A stretch of 64,000 bases of DNA from Marsupella aquatica (lineage: Eukaryota; Plantae; Marchantiophyta), in the NCBI GenBank assembly GCA_973895155.1, contig OZ316899.1, forward strand, positions 8,497,241 through 8,561,240, written 5' to 3'. Both the position numbers and the translations under genes were made by a program. The notes under the pieces are model-generated. The model was not told the origin of the DNA, ran no database searches, and was given only the letters and a program-made list of their open reading frames with translations. How positions within the stretch are numbered: the stretch's first letter is position 1; each line of letters opens with the position of its first letter. Shown here one piece after another: positions 11,559 through 24,700 of the stretch.

Positions 11559-14500
11559 TTGGAATCCAAAAATCTTAACGGATTTTTGCGGGGACCTAGT
11601 GCTTCAACGGGCCCGGCGGGTCAACTGCGGGCAGATTTGGTTGCTGGGGACATGGCAAAAAACACTCAATCAAAGAGTGGCAAACAGGCTCCCCCCGCCA
11701 AGGGGAGAGCCCAAGTTCAAGAAGAACATAAGGGGGACGGGTCAACTTCCCTAGATAAATGTTACAAGCAGGACGACAAAGACGTGGCGGCCAAACCGTT
11801 GACCACCACAACGAACACATCAAGTGCAACGCGCCATTGACTTAAAGGGAAGGAGGTGGCCGATCCTTCAGAGGATGAGTCGGACGATGATGGCTCCGAC
11901 GCGGATGGAAGCGGCGACAGTGCAAAAGCTGAATTGGAGGAAGAGGGTCAGGACCTGGAGGAGGAACTGATCCCAACCTTGAGAGGGTTGGATGCGGAAC
12001 CAGAGGATGACATTGATCCGGATGTCATTGTGGATAATCTAACCAAGCAGAACCAAGGCAATGCGGGTGAGGCCTCAACCCCGAGAGGTCATGGTGCCCG
12101 CAAGATGTAGGGGGTGTCACCAAAATCCACAAAGGAACCTAAGGACAGGCGGCTTGCAAAGGAAAGACGGTTGGAGGACCGTCTGCATACAACCCGCAAG
12201 GGCCCAGCTGTTGATGACGGTTTGGGTCCGTTTACTCAAGACCAACAACTCATTTATGAGCACTTGGAACACAACAAGGGGGCCCAGATTAAGTACTTGC
12301 TTAGTCTGGGTAGTCAAAGTGCAACGCGTCCCAAGGGGGGAATGGTAGTTGGACGGAGTATGTTCCAAGTGAACCAGCTACCAACTCCTCCAACTTACGA
12401 TGGGGCCTATGAGCAAAGTGGACAAAAGTTCTTGAGTTGGCTCTCCACGATGGAGATTCATCTCCAAGCGTGCATTGAGCGTTCCACTTGGGCTACTGCA
12501 GCCGCTCCTTGCCTAAAGGACGATCCCTTGGAAGAAGTCGCAAGAGGACTCCTCCTTGCCGTTAACTTGGAAAAACCTGGTTGAGGGTCTCCGTGCTCAT
12601 GTCACCACTAAGTACCCGGAGCGGCACGCTCAGAAATGTGTAACAGAGATGAGTTTCCGGGGTGATATCCAAAAGTTCATCACGTATTACTAGAACCAGT
12701 TGGCGTGTATCCCGGTGGGACAGGAGACCCTACATACGCAGCTTCACAACTTTATAGTGAAGCTCCCACCGTTGCTCAGGGAAAAGTTGCAGGTAAAGCG
12801 TCACAAGTTTAAAATGATTTCTGACACCTTCGTCAAGGCCACTACGTTGGTGAATAACCGGTCGGCCTTGGCGAAGGTGGGTGGCAAGGGAACCGAGGGG
12901 GAAGCTGGGAAAGCAAAAGGTCCTGGGAATAAGCGTAAGCAACCTGAGGGGGCGGGGTCGGTGGTTTGCATCCCTAGCCCCAGAATGGAGAAGCCAAGCA
13001 AAACCAGAAGGCTAGCAACTTCAAGAAAGGAACCTCATTGGCGCATAAAGCAAAGAAGCAGGCGCTCACAGAGCAAAGGCGGGCTGAAGGTTTGTGCTAC
13101 ACATGTGGCGCCATGGGCCATTAAAGTAAGGACTGCCCCTCAAAGGGAGGCAAGTTGAGCGAAGATGGAGGGCACAAGGGCATTAAGGTAAGTATTGCTC
13201 TAATCAAACCCTTAGTAATTGACGAGGTCCCTATAGGGATGTTCTTGTCGGAGAGAAGGGGTTGTTGCGAGAGAAGATACCTAAAGTTAAGACAAGGGAT
13301 CCTGAAAAGCTGATTTTTGTGAATGTCACTTCTAACGGTAATCTGGGTGTTGCTTTGGTGGATACAGGCGCGACGTGCAAGAGTTGCTACAACCATTAGT
13401 GTGCAAGTTTGCCAACAACATGAAAGGGATAGTGTCGAGAGTGGTACATAGACTTCAAGTAGAGGTCATAGGCAAGCAGCAAAATTTTGTTAGTCAAGAG
13501 ATATTCTACGTTCTAGACGGTCTAGTCGTAAACTTCATATTGTCGGTAGGTTATCTCAGAAAGCACAAAGTTACCTTGAAATTGGGGGATGAGGTGCTCC
13601 ATTTTCCCAATAAGGGCGGTGAGCCCACCGTTCTACACAAAATTACCAAAAGTAAAGAAAGATTTCTCAAAGTAAGTAAAGTGTCGTGGTTGTCTCCGTG
13701 TGTATCGGCAAAGCAATGGTGGAAAGACTTCAAGGGTGGACATGAATGTTTCTTCTTTCATCTCCACCCAGTTAAGGAGGTTGCTTTGTAGCCAAAGGTT
13801 AAGTCAGCTAAGGTCGGGCCCGATTGCGGTCAAATTCCTGAAATTTTAGAGGAATTCAATGACGTGCTCTCGCAGAAGCTACCTAATGGTTTACCCCCAC
13901 GGAGAGAAGTGGATCACCAAGTTGAGTTGGAGCTAGGTTTGGCTCCTCAAGCTAAAGCTCCTTATTGTCTGAACCTGAACAAACAAATGATGTTGAAGAA
14001 CGCCTTGGAAGAGTTGATCGACCAAGGGTTCATTTGTCCTAGTAAGAGTCCTTATGGGGCGCCCGCGTTGTTTGTGTCCAAAAAGGATGGTACTTTGAGA
14101 TTGTGCGCAGATTATTGGGCCCTCAATAAACAAATGGTAAAGAATAAGTACCCGTTACCTCATATGGGTGACCTCTTTGATTGCCTCTCTGGGGCTAAGA
14201 AGTTTTCTAAGCTGGACTTGCGGTCTGGGTATTACCAAATCTGCATGGCTAAGGGAGACGAGTATAAGACCGCGATGTGCACAAGGTTCGGATCCTACAA
14301 ATTTTTGGTTATGCCGTTCGGGTTGTGTAATGCAACCGCAACATTCATGAAGATGATGAATACCATCTTTCGTGACTTGTTGGACCAAGGAGTAGTCGTC
14401 TTTATTGACGACATCCTAATCTACTCAAAAATGTTGGAGGAACTTGAGTAGTTGCTTAGAGAAGTGTTCTCTTGCCTTCGTAAGGCTCGTCTCTTTGCTA

Positions 14501-14998
14501 AACCTGGCAAGTGCGAGTTTGCGATGAACGAGATTCAGTTCCTTGGCCATACCTTTACCCTGGAGGGGATTACGCCTAGTCAAGACCCTAAACATAAGTA
14601 GGAAGCTGGCTCCTAGATATCCTGGGCCCTATCGCATCATACGATGGGCCTACAAGGATAATCCGGTTTTGGGGGTGTTGGAGACACCCAAGGAAATGGG
14701 CGTGGGCAAAAGCTACCATGTTAGTCAACTCAAGAAATTTGTCAAAGATGATAATCCCAACCGGGATCCGGTCTTGCGTCCGGACGCCATGCTGGTGGAG
14801 GACGCGGAGGAGTTTGAAGTGGAGGCAATTCTAGACCACCGTTACAAACGCAAGTTGGGAAGGCAAATCTTAGAGTATTTGGTGAAGTGGACTGGCTATG
14901 ATCAGGCCGAGAGTACTTGGGAACCGAAAGAAAATTTGGGTACTGCCTCAGAGATCCTTGGAAGCTATTGTAAGCAAAGTAGTCTACCGCCGTTGTGA
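11559..14998 (+). pseudogene. Chromovirus gag-pol remnants: gag, protease, RT, integrase GPY/F tail and chromodomain
   Basis: Protease ALVDTGAT near 13350. [42 protein letters not shown]. After FLGH the sequence jumps near 14575 to KLAPRYPGPY and chromodomain EFEVEAILDHR...YLVKWTGY...STWEP. Confidence 0.92.
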
Positions 14999-15434
14999 AC
15001 TGGTGCACGCAATTGTAGCTACCTTTGTGAGTTGTACCCTAGTTTCACTCCTCTCGGCCTCTTAAGGATAAAGTCAGATTGCGTTGGTGCTAGAGGTTGT
15101 TGAGCGGCCGATTTGCTTTTTGTGAGTGGAAGTTGATGGTGCCCGCCTTACATCTGTGGGCGGGTTGGTTCGAACCAAAGGGGAGTACCCCAAGGGGAGG
15201 ACAATGGGTCCAACGAGTTTGGAGTTAGCTTACCCGCTTGGACTGGCATCCTACTTGGATAAGTGGGATAGGTTGGATTTCCTAAGTTTGGAATGCGCAC
15301 ACCAACCTGGTTTGCATTAGCCTTATGGGCAAACCATTTGTTACCTCATAAAGTTTTAAGACCCAAAGTAGTCTAGGCGTGCTGGAACGTTTACTGAGGT
15401 CACGCGGACGTGACCATTTTTAAGGGGGGGCGCA

Positions 15435-16885
15435 AGTCGCGGAACGCAACTACCTTAACTATTAGCTCCGGCGTTGCTGACTCCAACGCCGAGCTCCCTT
15501 ATGGTCCAGGCCCGGATAAGGCATCCGGGGAGGACTTAGCATGGGGAGACTTGTCGGCAATGAGATGTGGCACTAGCCAAGGGGCAAAGAGTCAAGCTGG
15601 TGATACACATTAAGGACTTAGGCTAGCCGAGAGCTGGTCGGGTCAAGGGGAAAAGGGGTCGGGCTCAAGGTTGACCGTCCGGACCCCTGAACGGACTTTG
15701 AGTTCTGAGGACTTGAGTGTGAGCTCCTCTTGGGCCCAAGGCCAATGGAGTTGATGCCATGGGCAACGGACGCTTGGGGTGCGAGTTATGGCCCAATCCG
15801 GGTTAGGCCGATTGGGGACCCCAAGCGACTATGAGACCTGAGGGCCTAGGCCCAATCACAATGGGCTAAGGCACTCCACTTGTGGACGCCTAACGAGAAA
15901 GTTATGGGCGTTGACAGTTGGTGGCGAGCCCACTGTGCTCGATAGGATCCGGGTTGGAGGCCAAAAGTTTAGGGACCAAAGTTGGTCCGGGGGTGGAAGG
16001 TCCCCAAAAGCATATATGAGGGTGAGCCGAAGTCGTGAGCCACGGCCGTCGCGATACTAAGGGAAAACGTCAAACAGAAACAACAATATCTTCCCAATAG
16101 GAAGTCCGTTGGAGGATTTATTGGGTGAGTTGGAAAGCTCTCGAGGTGAGCTACATCCTCTTGAGATCAGCTAGGTCTGGGGGTGCCATGGGTTCTTGAG
16201 GTTTGTGGGTGTTAGCCCGCCCGCTTGCCAAATCCTGCTGAATAGTAGCCAAGCCACGTTCAATCTCCCAAGGGAGCTTGCGTTGGGGAGGCAAGGCCAA
16301 GTAGGCGTGGAGGTTGAGTTCCAAGGGTGATCAGCCCTAGACCATCAGTGGGGCAAACCAGGAGTTGGTTGCTAGAGTTGGGGCCATTCTGGTCCCGGCG
16401 TGTTGGGACAAGCTTGGGACAAGCTTTAGGATAAGCTACACTATTTGGGCCATGAGTATGTCCTGGTGTTAGGGCGGTCAGTTGGTGATGGATAGGTACA
16501 AGGGGGAACCCGGGCCGCCCAAGGAAGGAGTTGTTCTGGACAAACAGTGGGCGTGTGTTTTGGTTCCGGCTTATGGCATCGGGAGGACCTATCGCTGACC
16601 TATTTACCAATGTCTGTTGAACTTGAGTAGGATGCTAGACTTGGTGAGTTCTAGATCCTAAAGGGTTACTTACCAAGGCGCTTGGTTGCTTGTGCAGACA
16701 ATGAGGACCATTGAGTAACGATCATGTTGGAGAGCAAGTGCGGCTTTGTATGGGAGGGGCCGGTAGCGGTGCAAGGGGCACTAGGTTGCTTGCTTGAGGT
16801 ATTCTGTGGAGGCGTTTGGGCACCAGGGGCACTAAGGTGTGAGTGTTGGGATTGGTGAGGGTGTTGGGTGGCAAGGTCCATCACT
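15435..16885 (+). repeat. 3' LTR of the chromovirus
   Basis: Follows PPT TAAGGGGGGG (15421-15430); direct repeat of the 5' LTR. Confidence 0.92.
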
Positions 16886-17815
16886 TCCTGCCACCTCCAT
16901 TTTTGCTCAATGAAATTAGTAATGTAAATGAGGAGTGAGTGGACAGTTGTGTCATGATCCAGCGTATGCTTTTGTTGGGAGGGACGGACGATGAGTGCTC
17001 GAATGCTTTGTGAGGCAAATCTAGCCCGCCTTTCTGCGTTAAGCTCAAAGGATTTTCTACTTTGGTTTGTGAATGTCCAGAAGGGCGAGATAGTCCCTAT
17101 CTCGTAAGCGTGAGGCATCTTGGTCAAGCGCCCTATTGATGATGGCCCTGATCATGGTGTTATTCTGGGGGCTACTTATGAATACCCTCTACTCATGACT
17201 TAGTAAAGGCACGGCACCTGACGTGGTTGTGTATGCAGCTCCCTCTTGTTACGACCGGCGGCAATACCTTAAGTACCCATTATGGCTATCCCAACTGTAT
17301 TAAGATAATAATTGTGCTTTACTAAAATGACAAAAAGATTGGGGTCCGCACAATGTGTTAGTGAGATGTACAGTACTTTATCCTATGAGATTTGTTCTTG
17401 ATTTTTTGGATGAGTCGGTGTCTATCGACCCAATTGGCAATCTGGAGATGCTCGATTGAGCCAATTGCTAGTGCAATTTAGTAGACCTGTGGGAGGTCCT
17501 AAATCTGCACCATTGTCTTTGGCAACATTCAGTAGTTTGATTACTGGATCTGATGATTTGATTGAAGGTAACGCACATGCAGCAGATGTTCCGACAATGG
17601 AGGAGCCATGTAAAGAACACATGATGGGTGTATTACCTATTGATACTATTGTGGCACCAATATAGGGTACTAGAGAGGCCTTGCAACAAAATGCGGCCCA
17701 ATTGATACATGATGCCTGGTGTCATGCTTTCACACCGGAGTCAGGAGCACAACAACCTTTTGTAGATGGATTGGTGACCCTTTCACCATTTGATACCACT
17801 CCTATTGCATGGTAA

Positions 17816-18740
17816 TATCCAGAGGAGGATATTTGTTTGTTGGATCTATTTGGCACGTGGTTACTTGTACGTGGAAAATGATGAGATAACACGGAGGATC
17901 TCACTACGTCATGTCGTGATGTTGGTGGAACGTTATCCACAGTTGTTGCCAGTGGATGTCGTTCATGGTTATCGGCATGCACTGCCTGCTGATATTTCAT
18001 TATTGGGGGTAGATCATTCGGATTGTGTTGGCCCCATTGATTTGGTGATTGCGGGTTGGCCATGTCAGGGTCAATCTTGGGCTGGAATTGGACATGGATT
18101 TCATGATCCAAGATCTGCATTATTTTGGAAGATGTTAAGTGTGTTGCGCCATCTCCATATGCATCATACACATTCTCTTACATATGTTTTGGAGAATGTG
18201 CCATTATTGGGTGATGATCATCATCAAATTGTTGCTAGTGTTCATCAAGTTCGATCTTGGATTGGACCTGCTATGTTATTGGATGTTGCACGTGTGGGTT
18301 CTTGTGCACATTGCCCATGATTGTGGTGGACTAATTTGTTACCATGTGAGGTCTTGAAGCGAGCATTTGATGGTGTACCTCGCTCAACAACCTTTGTGGT
18401 GGATGGTATTTTGGATCAAGGGCGTCATGCACAAAGTGTTACCCAATCTAATCAACCCCCATTGGCAGTGGTGAATGTAATTGGGCGTCTGCGTTGTGCA
18501 TTACCCATTTTTGTGAGTCATTCTGCTTCATACGCATTTTGAGCAGATTGCCCTGGACTTGTGTGGGATACAGCTCTACAAAGACTAGTAGAGCCTACCG
18601 CTAATGATAGAGAGCGGGCTATGGGATTTTTGACCAGCACCACGGCAGTGACCTTGGTGTTGGAGCATTCATGTCGTCAGATCCTTGGTCAAGCCATGGA
18701 TTTGAATTGCTTGACTTGGATTATCAGCTTGGGATTAGCT
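17816..18740 (+). pseudogene. C5-cytosine DNA methyltransferase domain (DNMT3/DRM-like) within Gypsy pol
   Basis: Motif I remnant EEDICLLDLFG (other frame, deletion follows); motif IV IDLVIAGWPCQG; DPRSALF; motif VI YVLENV; motif VIII region AHCP*LWWTN; motifs IX-X RERAMGF...RQILGQAMD. Confidence 0.9.
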
Positions 18741-18944
18741 GAAAAATTGCAAATGCGCACTTCTGATGTTACAGGTCGTCCATTGGTGAGCTTGAGGCCT
18801 ACCAAGACAGTAGCAGCCATAGCTGGGGGCAAGCAGACAATTGATGGAGCTATGGCAAGATTGGCTAAGGCATAACAGATTGTTGAGCAAAGGAGGTTGC
18901 TCAAACCATTGATAAATAGCAACGAGGGACTGACTCTTCCATCC

Positions 18945-19135
18945 ACAGGCCACGGCTTGTGCCCTCTTCAACTCCAAAGGAAGACGTCATAGTTTTGATT
19001 GAGAGTCACAGTCCATAGCCTGTGACCTTCAACTCCCAAGGAAGATGTCATAGTTACTTTGATGGATAGTCACAGCCCACAGCTTGTGGCCTCTTCAACT
19101 CCAAAGGAAGACATCACAACTTTGATGGAGAGTTG
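18945..19135 (+). repeat. Three tandem ~60-65 bp repeats between methyltransferase and RT
   Basis: CTTCAACTCC(A/C)AAGGAAGA(C/T)(G/A)TCA recurs three times. Confidence 0.8.
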
Positions 19136-19229
19136 AGAACCACAGATTGGTCCTAAGTTGACCGGGAGGGAGAGATGTTGCAGGTATCAATTCTTGAAGA
19201 GTTATTGAAATTGTTTTGCATTTAGTATG

Positions 19230-20243
19230 AAGGATTTGGGGACATTGAAGGGCCTTGGTATTCAAATCAAATTGGCTAGTGATGCGCCAATCTTTCAACG
19301 ACCGTGTTGATATAGTGACATGGAGAGGGCTTTGATCCAGAGTAGAACTCAAGATTTGTTGGAGGCTGGTTTGGTGGAGATCTCATATGGGGAGTATGCA
19401 TCTGCCATAGTGATGCCAGCCAAGAAGGATGTGCATGACAATTATATAGATAGGCAAATGTGTGGTGATTATCAACCTAAGTATTAATTGTCAGACAAAA
19501 TCTAATTGATATGCCATGCCCACACCGGAGGAGATCTTTGATGTTGTAGGGCATGCAAAGATATTTAGTTTGTTGGACCTCAAGGCGGGGTACCATCAAT
19601 TGCCAATTAGGCATTCTGATAGATCCAAGACAACATCTTGGGGAATTGATTCTTATGGCAAAGATGGTTTGTATCAGTGGTTGTTCTTACCATTTGGATT
19701 GAAGAATGCACCAACTGAATTCCAAAGAGTCATGGATCAAATTCTTGTAGGTTTAGATTTTGTGAGATGTTACATTGATGATATTTTTTGGTCTATTCTT
19801 CTACTATGGAAGAACATCAAAGACACTTGTAGATTATGTTGGAGAGATTGAGAGAGTTATACAAACCATGAAGAGAGGATTGCGTAAGTATGGCTTGCAG
19901 GTTGGTCATTTGGGAGATTGGGATCTCCAGCTACCGTTTCAGTCGACAAGCATCACTTGCATCCTTCTCACCTTATTTCTTGCTCTATGGTAGAGAGCCA
20001 GATTTTCCAATGGCTATTAATCATGATGTGGCAATTGTTGTGGATTTGGATGATCCCGATGTTTGGGTCAAGGTGTATTCAGAAAGGGCATTAGTTTTTG
20101 AGAGAGTCATGCCCATGGCCTTTGACAACCTTGCCATTGCCCAACATCTTGATACTTTAAGGTATGCCACTATTTGTGGAGGAGGTTATCGTGCAAGGAT
20201 TCAACGATTTCATCCTGGAGATTTTGTTTATTGTAGCAAATAG
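19230..20243 (+). pseudogene. Gypsy RT and integrase C-terminal remnants
   Basis: LDLKAGYHQL, LPFGLKNAPTEFQRVMD, YIDDI. Jump near 19848 to ERVIQTMKRGL...SPYFLLYGREP, so RNase H and most of integrase are missing. Confidence 0.88.
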
Positions 20244-20424
20244 CACCAACAACACTTGATGTGACCGCAGGTCGGAAAATCTTACGTGTGCATGAAGTGT
20301 TGTCTTCTGGTGTCCTAATGTTGGAAGGACGTGATGGTATGGTTTGGAAGGATCATGTGCGCAATTGTGCACCATGTCATCTTTCAAACATTGATGGTAC
20401 TGTAGATCCAAGTTTGGCTCATGT

Positions 20425-20581
20425 TCATGCCAGCTTGAAGTGTATGTTGTGTGGATCTGCTCAAGGAGCAACCACTATGTTGATTTGTGATAAGTGTTCT
20501 AGAGGATGGCACATGTCGTGTTTGACATCACCATTAGAGTTGATTCCTAGTGGATCATGGTTGTGTTCTCAATGTTGGTGA
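20425..20581 (+). CDS. PHD finger at the integrase C-terminus
   Basis: CMLC...MLICDKCSRGWHMSCL...IPSGSWLCSQC = C4HC3 pattern. Confidence 0.9.
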
Positions 20582-21705
20582 AACTGACTAGTTACCATTG
20601 GTGTTCTCATGGAAGGTACATAGATTGCAGGAAGGTGATTGATGGGGCTCACTTCCACCCGGCCTCTTGATCTCCACACTTAAAAAGGTGTATATCAACC
20701 TTGTAGAACTTATGGCTAGTTAGAGTTAGGGGACCTCACTCCCAACTAGGGGGGCGATTGTGGGTTTTGGACATGTGTGGATAGGAGTTTCATTTGTACT
20801 CCATTCTCTTATGTTTGTGATATTGATTGTGACTATGTTTAGATATGTGTGACAAGCAATGTATGTGGTGTAGCGATGTTTAAGCGCACAACAACATACA
20901 CAAAAGATATGTCAAGCCCCTGCCCATTTAGTAGCACTTTACAAGAAAAGCCTAAGGCCATCCAAACTTGAAACACATGGTACCTTTCTTGAATCTGTTG
21001 AGGTCTTCCTGGAGATTCACTTAGTAATGCAGTCCCCTACCGTTGATGACCCATATTTCTGCATAGTAGATAGTAGGACATCCCACACTATCCTGCAAAA
21101 TAGAAAATATTTTAGGGAGATAACCTCTTCCAATAGGAGAGTAACAACTATTATGGGACAACACCAGATTGAGGAAGGACATGGTCCCGCCACAGTAATC
21201 CTCCCAAAAGGCAGAGCTATACATATAAAATCTGCAATATATGGCCCAAAAGCCACGAGGAACCTCCTCAGCTTTTAAGACATACGGGCTAACAACCTGC
21301 ACATAGACACAAATATCATCAACTCCCAAAAGGTGATCACATCATTGCTAAAACCCACACCGAAAATGATATAAGAGAAACCCTATCTGCCTACCCATTG
21401 GGATACTATGCCACAAAAACTTGCTATCATGCAGTATCACATTCTAACTCCATCACAAACTTATGGCATAGGAGACTGGGCCACCCAAGCACCAGTATGT
21501 TCCATAAAATCATTTGAGACACAAAGGGAATACCAAATATAGTGCATCCAAGGTCCTTGAAGGACCCATGCATAGCATCTTCGCAAGGCAAGGTGACCAC
21601 CAAGCCATCTCCATCAACAATAGAAAGAAACATCCCAAAATTCTTGGAGAGGCTTGATGCTGATGTTTGCAACCCCATAGATCCCCCTAGTGGGCCATTC
21701 CAATT

Positions 21706-24700
21706 TGTGACGCCACCGGTACGGCGGTTAATGAGTGATTCGGTCTAACTGCGCTTAGCACGTGCATTAGGAGTGTCTTAGGCCGCTATTATTAGCATAA
21801 CGACAGTATTTAGGTAATCATTATGGGTAGGACATCATTAGGCAATAAGGGGGAATTCAGGTTCGGACTGGCGGCGGGTCGCTATTCGCACACCCGGGTT
21901 ACGAGCGTGGAGGGGCCCCTCCCTCGGGTCCGTATAACGTACTTAAGAAGCGGCCACTGACACGCGCTGACTCAGACCGGCGGAGTGGCCGGTACACCAC
22001 AAGCGTGAGCGGTTCAGCCTATGGGCGTCGAGGAGACGTCGGGGGACCGACAAGCCCTCAAGGTATAAAAGGGGAGCCAACCCTTTGTAGTGCACCAGTC
22101 CATCAGTCCACGCGCCAGCTTCGACCCCAGCTCTCTCGTTCGCTCTAAGTTGCCACTACTATCTCCTCTGAATGTCGCACACGATCCTCTCCAGCTCGGC
22201 CATTCGATTCTGGACGCAGTTCCTATCTACCGGAAGGCACTTGGCCGACTCATTGAAACACGCCAACCCGCGCCGATACGAAATCGAATGCGAGTACGAG
22301 AGAGCCATCCGCCTAGCAGGACGACACCACTACATCCTTAACTTTAACTACCCGTCTCAGAGCGAGCTTTACCGACCAGCATAAGTATCTGGGTACTTCT
22401 TCAACGGAGACAAATATATCGGTTTCTGGGAAGCATTGCTTCGGCTTCCAGACGAGGTCTTCAATATCCCGGGTACGATCGACTTGCAACGACATCACTT
22501 CGACCACATCCCTGCTCAGGTTCGGGCTATCATCAACAGCGAGTCCAACACTACCCATTCGACAAGGTCGTCTACACTTGCTTTGGAGAACTTCTACCAG
22601 CATCTACAGAGCTTCATGGGAACTCGGCCATCAACCAACATGACCAACTCAGTCGAACCCATACCCGTACCTATACCCGTACCCATGCAACCTCAGGCTC
22701 AGCTTCAGCTTTAGCCTCAGCCGCAGCCTAGCCAAACCCCACCACCGATCGCCCAGCCAGCACAAGTACGCTCCGTCATCAACGCCGTGGATCTTAGCGA
22801 TGACGACGAGGCTACCCCACCCTTGACCAGGCGGCCCAGAGGAACAAGCGCTCAGGGGGCCGACACTATATCGTCCCCACCCCCTGCTCTGACCCCAGGA
22901 GCGGCCCCGACAGACAACATGGTGACCATGGTCGCCCCGGGCCCGTTACTAACGGCAGTGGCACTACCCAGGCCCGATCGGGAGGATGGGGAAGTGTCAC
23001 CTTCCCCGAGCCAGTCACGGGGGAAGAAGAGGAAGGAATCCACCACTACATCCGGGTTACCGTTGGCCACGGTAGCCGTAGCCAAGGTGACGATGCACCG
23101 CATGGGGGAAAATGCTCACAAAAACATCCTCCATCCCAAGCATGCGGTGTACCTGAAGACTCAGGGATTCGAGCACCTCGCCTCCCTCCCCTGGAACACT
23201 TGCAGGTACTATGGGGAGGACATGACGGAGTTAATCAGGAATTATGATGACGCGCGTCAACATACTCGGCTACGGGGAAGGAGTATGTCCCTCACGGAAG
23301 AACGGCTCAGGATGATCTTCGGGTTACCCGAAGATGACCATCGAGTCGAATCACGGGCTCCCGGGGGCAAGGGAGCCAAGTACCAATCTTCAAGTTTTCC
23401 CTCAGAGGGAGCAGTGGACAACGGGTTCGTGATGAAGACCTGCCTCATCCCCGAGATAGCTGAGCGACTGGAGTTCCAGAGGTACGCCCTCCACATGATG
23501 GAACCCCGGGGGGAGATCTCCGCCGCCCAAGTTATCCAGGTCGAGAACTATCGACCTAGGAAGTGGGCGTCGTACTTCGCTAAGAAATTCCATGAAGAGA
23601 TGGAGCGGCGAAGGAAGACGCTGTACATTGGCGGGAAGGCGTATTTCGCTAGCCACATCGAGATCATTCTTGAGTGGTACGCCCGGTTTGATCGACGAAC
23701 CCTTCCCCGTGTCAACGTTACAAAGCTGGTCCCAACTAGGTGGGTTTTCCCGGCCTTGGAGAGACGGCCCCAACCCGAGGCCCGAAGTCCAGCGGACACG
23801 CCAGCTTCACCCACCCCACCTCCACAAGTAGCTATAGTCGTAACCGAGGAGGTACCGCATGGGTTGGTTGTCGCAACCATTGATGCGACCCAACAAGCCG
23901 AGCTAAGTACAGAAGTTGGTACGGCGGAGGTCTTACCCGAGCCCGGGTCTCCCAAAGACCCACCGGTGGCTATTCCGGAGAACAAGACATTGCTGCAGGA
24001 GGACACTCCAGCCCCTTCCAACGTTACGTCCCCAGGGCTGGACGTCACTGCCCCGGCCCCCGCGCGTGTTGACGTCTGCCTGTGCCCAACTCCGGACAGG
24101 CACAACCTGGACCACCCGGAACTCTTCGTACCGGGTACATTTCTGAACGGGCTTCTGGGAGATTTCTCTCATCAAATTTCCCGGGATACCGGGGAGTTCA
24201 TGGCCCGGAAGGTAGCCTGTTTCTTCAATCAGGAATTGGTTGCCGCAGTAAAGGTAGGTCGGGCCCAATCAGAGGCCCTTCAGAGGATAGAGCGGTACCG
24301 GGTGGAGTCCATGTACCTAAAGAATGAAGTTGCGGCTCAAGAGGCTGAGCTTCTGCAACTACGACCCAAGGTTGCAGCCGCCGATGAGTTGTTAGCAAAG
24401 GCGCACGCTCTTACCGCCCTAGCCGAACAGGCCAAAGCTAGGAACGAGGCCGAGATTACACGACTCCGGAACCAGATTGACAGTTTGAAGAATCAAACCG
24501 TCACCTGGCAGAAAGACCTGGAGGAGACCGAGGAACGGGCCCAGCGAGACACGGCGGAGATAGCCATGCTGCAGGCCGAGGTGGCGCGGCTCCAAACCAA
24601 GGCCGAGAAGCAGGACCAGCTAGCGGGTAAACTGACGAGCGACGCCCAGCAGCTGGAGGAGGCATGTCAGGAGGTAGCAGGGAGACGGACGCGGCGAGGT

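Larger units (their letters stand above)
9635..16885 (+). mobile_element. Ty3/Gypsy chromovirus with two LTRs and an internal RNase H/integrase deletion
   Basis: LTRs 9635-11506 and 15435-16885; 5-bp TSD TCCTG (9630-9634, 16886-16890); PBS and PPT present; gag, protease, RT and chromodomain remnants. Confidence 0.93.
5482..17352 (-). mobile_element. Decayed host element (possibly a large LTR) with a long fragmented ORF: plant-mobile-domain/Transposase_32-like region plus coiled coil
   Basis: Minus-strand fragments 16891-17127, 9243-9467 (YKGKTYTFSNPKLCDMFGLP), 8653-9279, 8280-8669, 7922-8170, 6865-6958, 5771-6121 and 5482-5731 follow one another once nested inserts are removed; REIERLEQ|RIGEGEQ reads through the LINE site. 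The right end reads TGTGCGGACCCC on the minus strand. Confidence 0.55.
17353..20895 (+). mobile_element. Decayed Ty3/Gypsy element with order protease end, C5-methyltransferase, RT, integrase end, PHD, PPT, partial LTR
   Basis: Starts with VLVRCTVLYPMRFVLDF (protease-tail-like). Same-strand domain series follows. PPT AGGGGGG at about 20748-20754, then TG at 20759. Right boundary is approximate. Confidence 0.78.
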
